Assembly (NCBI RefSeq): GCF_006345805.1
Contig: NC_043005.1
Span: 23,126,001 to 23,190,000, forward strand
DNA: 64,000 nucleotides
Direction: 5' to 3'
From: Octopus sinensis
Lineage: Eukaryota
Positions within the stretch are counted from its first letter, which is position 1. Every line of letters starts with the position of its first letter. Shown here piece by piece: positions 62,145-64,000 of this stretch. The translations under genes and the position numbers were made by a program. The notes beneath the pieces were generated by a model. That model saw only the letters and a list, made by a program, of their open reading frames with translations, was not told the origin of the DNA and did not search any database.

Positions 62145-64000
62145 TTAAAAAACTAAAGGAAAGACACATAGGATAATATAATCCTGATTTACAAAAAAAA
62201 CGTAATGTCCTTGATCTGTTTAGTGAGGGTTGATCAGGATCAAGCAACAACAACATTAATAATAATGGCTTTTATTATATGCCCCTGTTATACATGAGAC
62301 AACCAACACAGTAAAAAACATGCTTATATTGTGTAGGTTGTTGTTGTATAGCCACAGGTCAACCATTATGGAGCAAACCTATAATCAAACTCACTCCAGT
62401 CATGACCACCCAATCTTTTTATTATGGTTATCTAAAACAAAAATGTCTTTCCTATACATAACAGAGCATGATTTGTTGGTGATTTGGTTGTTATTTTCAG
62501 CAGTTTTAGTAACCTACTGGTACTGTGAGGGTACTTTATCATAAAGTGATCTGGGGCAGTTGACTTGTCACAAACCACAGAGGTGGTATAATAAGATGGA
62601 AACATGTCAAGAGTTGTCAATGTACAACACAATTTCCATTGCATTCCCTATTTAATTACTTTTAACTAAAATTTTAGAGTTTTCAACCCTTTTAAACCAG
62701 AATTAGTCATTTAGAAAATAGCTATCATTAATGAAGCAATAATTTTAATTTATAAAAAATTTCTTGATTTACTAAATCAAGTATGTTAGTGCCCCCTCAC
62801 TTTACTATTAAGTGTGTATGCAGCAGGTACCCCTGGATATTCCCCACTCCCACCCGTCATTCTCTTCATTTATAACACCACTATGTGTTCATTCACAGAA
62901 GTCCTATATATTTCTCTGGTCAGTTAAGATCTGGCCAAGTTTAACTGAGAAAGTCCAGTAAGACTTAAACATGTCTGGAGTAGTCACCCTATCACTAAAA
63001 AAAAAAAAAGCTTTTTTAAAAAATAAAATAAAACAAAAATCACACTTGCACATTACTACATTCCAGATTATATTCTTAAAATTTCGGGATTGTTTAACCA
63101 GGATTAACGTTTTAGAAAATTATTGTTCATATCATTAAGGATGTGATTTTAATTTAAATTTCTTGGTTTACTATGTCAAATATTAATGTTATTTAAATAG
63201 CTGATGTGAGTGAGGGAAGAGGCATTGATAAAGGTGGTTAACAAGAGCTGACCTGACAATTCACAAATACTAATAATCAGGTGATTAGATGTCACATTAG
63301 GTAAAAGTATTTCTTCTATTGAAATCAGCAGTTATGTAACGTGAAAAGGGGTTAGACTTAAATCACATGACTGTTTGTGTGTACTAGAAATGACACACAT
63401 GAATCAGCAACAATTATAATTACAGGAGTGTTTGGTTGGATAGCCAGTTCTATTTGTGGACCAGTTTCTAGATTGGATCACTTTTAAAACCAGCTTAACA
63501 AATGAAAAAAAATGAATTCATTTCTGTACTCATTTCCTATTAGCATACTGCTGAACCCTGAGCACTTTTAAGAGCCAGCACTGAGCATTGGTCTTGCAGC
63601 ATTTGTCTTGGTCAATAAGGAACATGTCTGTCTTCATTTCTTTCAACCTCATCCATCATACAACTTCTTTTGCCATAGCCACCAGACAAAGAAAAACATG
63701 TCTTAATGGTTCAATAAAGGGAACCTTTACACACTTGTTCAACCGATTAAAAATAGCAACGAGATTGGTGCTGGGCAGCCATCTTCTTTTTTGGGGAGTA
63801 GGAGGGTTTTATTAATTGCTATTCCTTTTTATACACTTTACATAACACCCCCACCCAACTATGTTGTAGGCTGTCTTTTTTGCATTGTCCTCCTTTCCTT
63901 ATTATTTGAAGGACATGAAAATGGACTACTCAGTTGCATCCTTTTACAGTATTGTGCATGAGTGTTTTTCATCACTTTGGAATCAAAAACTAAATACTTG

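Noticed and set aside
63600-63680. Minus-strand SGGYGKRS peptide resembling a neuropeptide amidation site
   Set aside because: Isolated, with no splice acceptor, signal peptide or repeats; consistent with chance.

Overview
AT-rich eukaryotic genomic DNA. The repeat families look like octopus/cephalopod ones; this is inferred from recognition, not from a database search. The window holds most of one protein-coding gene on the minus strand: STAM (signal transducing adapter molecule, the ESCRT-0 partner of HRS). Thirteen internal coding exons (29635 down to 157) have GT-AG borders and matching phases. They splice into one 1175-nt open frame of about 392 codons encoding VHS - UIM - SH3 - GAT/coiled-coil. 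I did not find the ATG exon, so intron 1 is probably >34 kb and fills 29636-64000; the last exon(s) lie left of position 1. The rest is intronic and dense with transposons: RTE-type LINE 3' ends with modular tandem expansions, several tRNA-derived SINE families, a decayed Tc1/mariner (DD37D/maT-like) transposase, an internally deleted Gypsy gag-pol, hAT/piggyBac/pogo/mariner-type MITEs, and microsatellites. The most unusual items are: (1) a tRNA-headed short retroelement at 25394-25723 with a 15-bp TSD, an inverted copy of its own 3' tail and a degenerate Penelope-type minimal hammerhead ribozyme in STAM sense orientation; (2) a second foldback element with a similar layout at 53882-54273; (3) several long intronic hairpins and inverted repeat pairs near exons; (4) a short intron whose read-through would give STAM a hydrophobic C-terminal tail. 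I found no prokaryotic-type system (CRISPR, operon).
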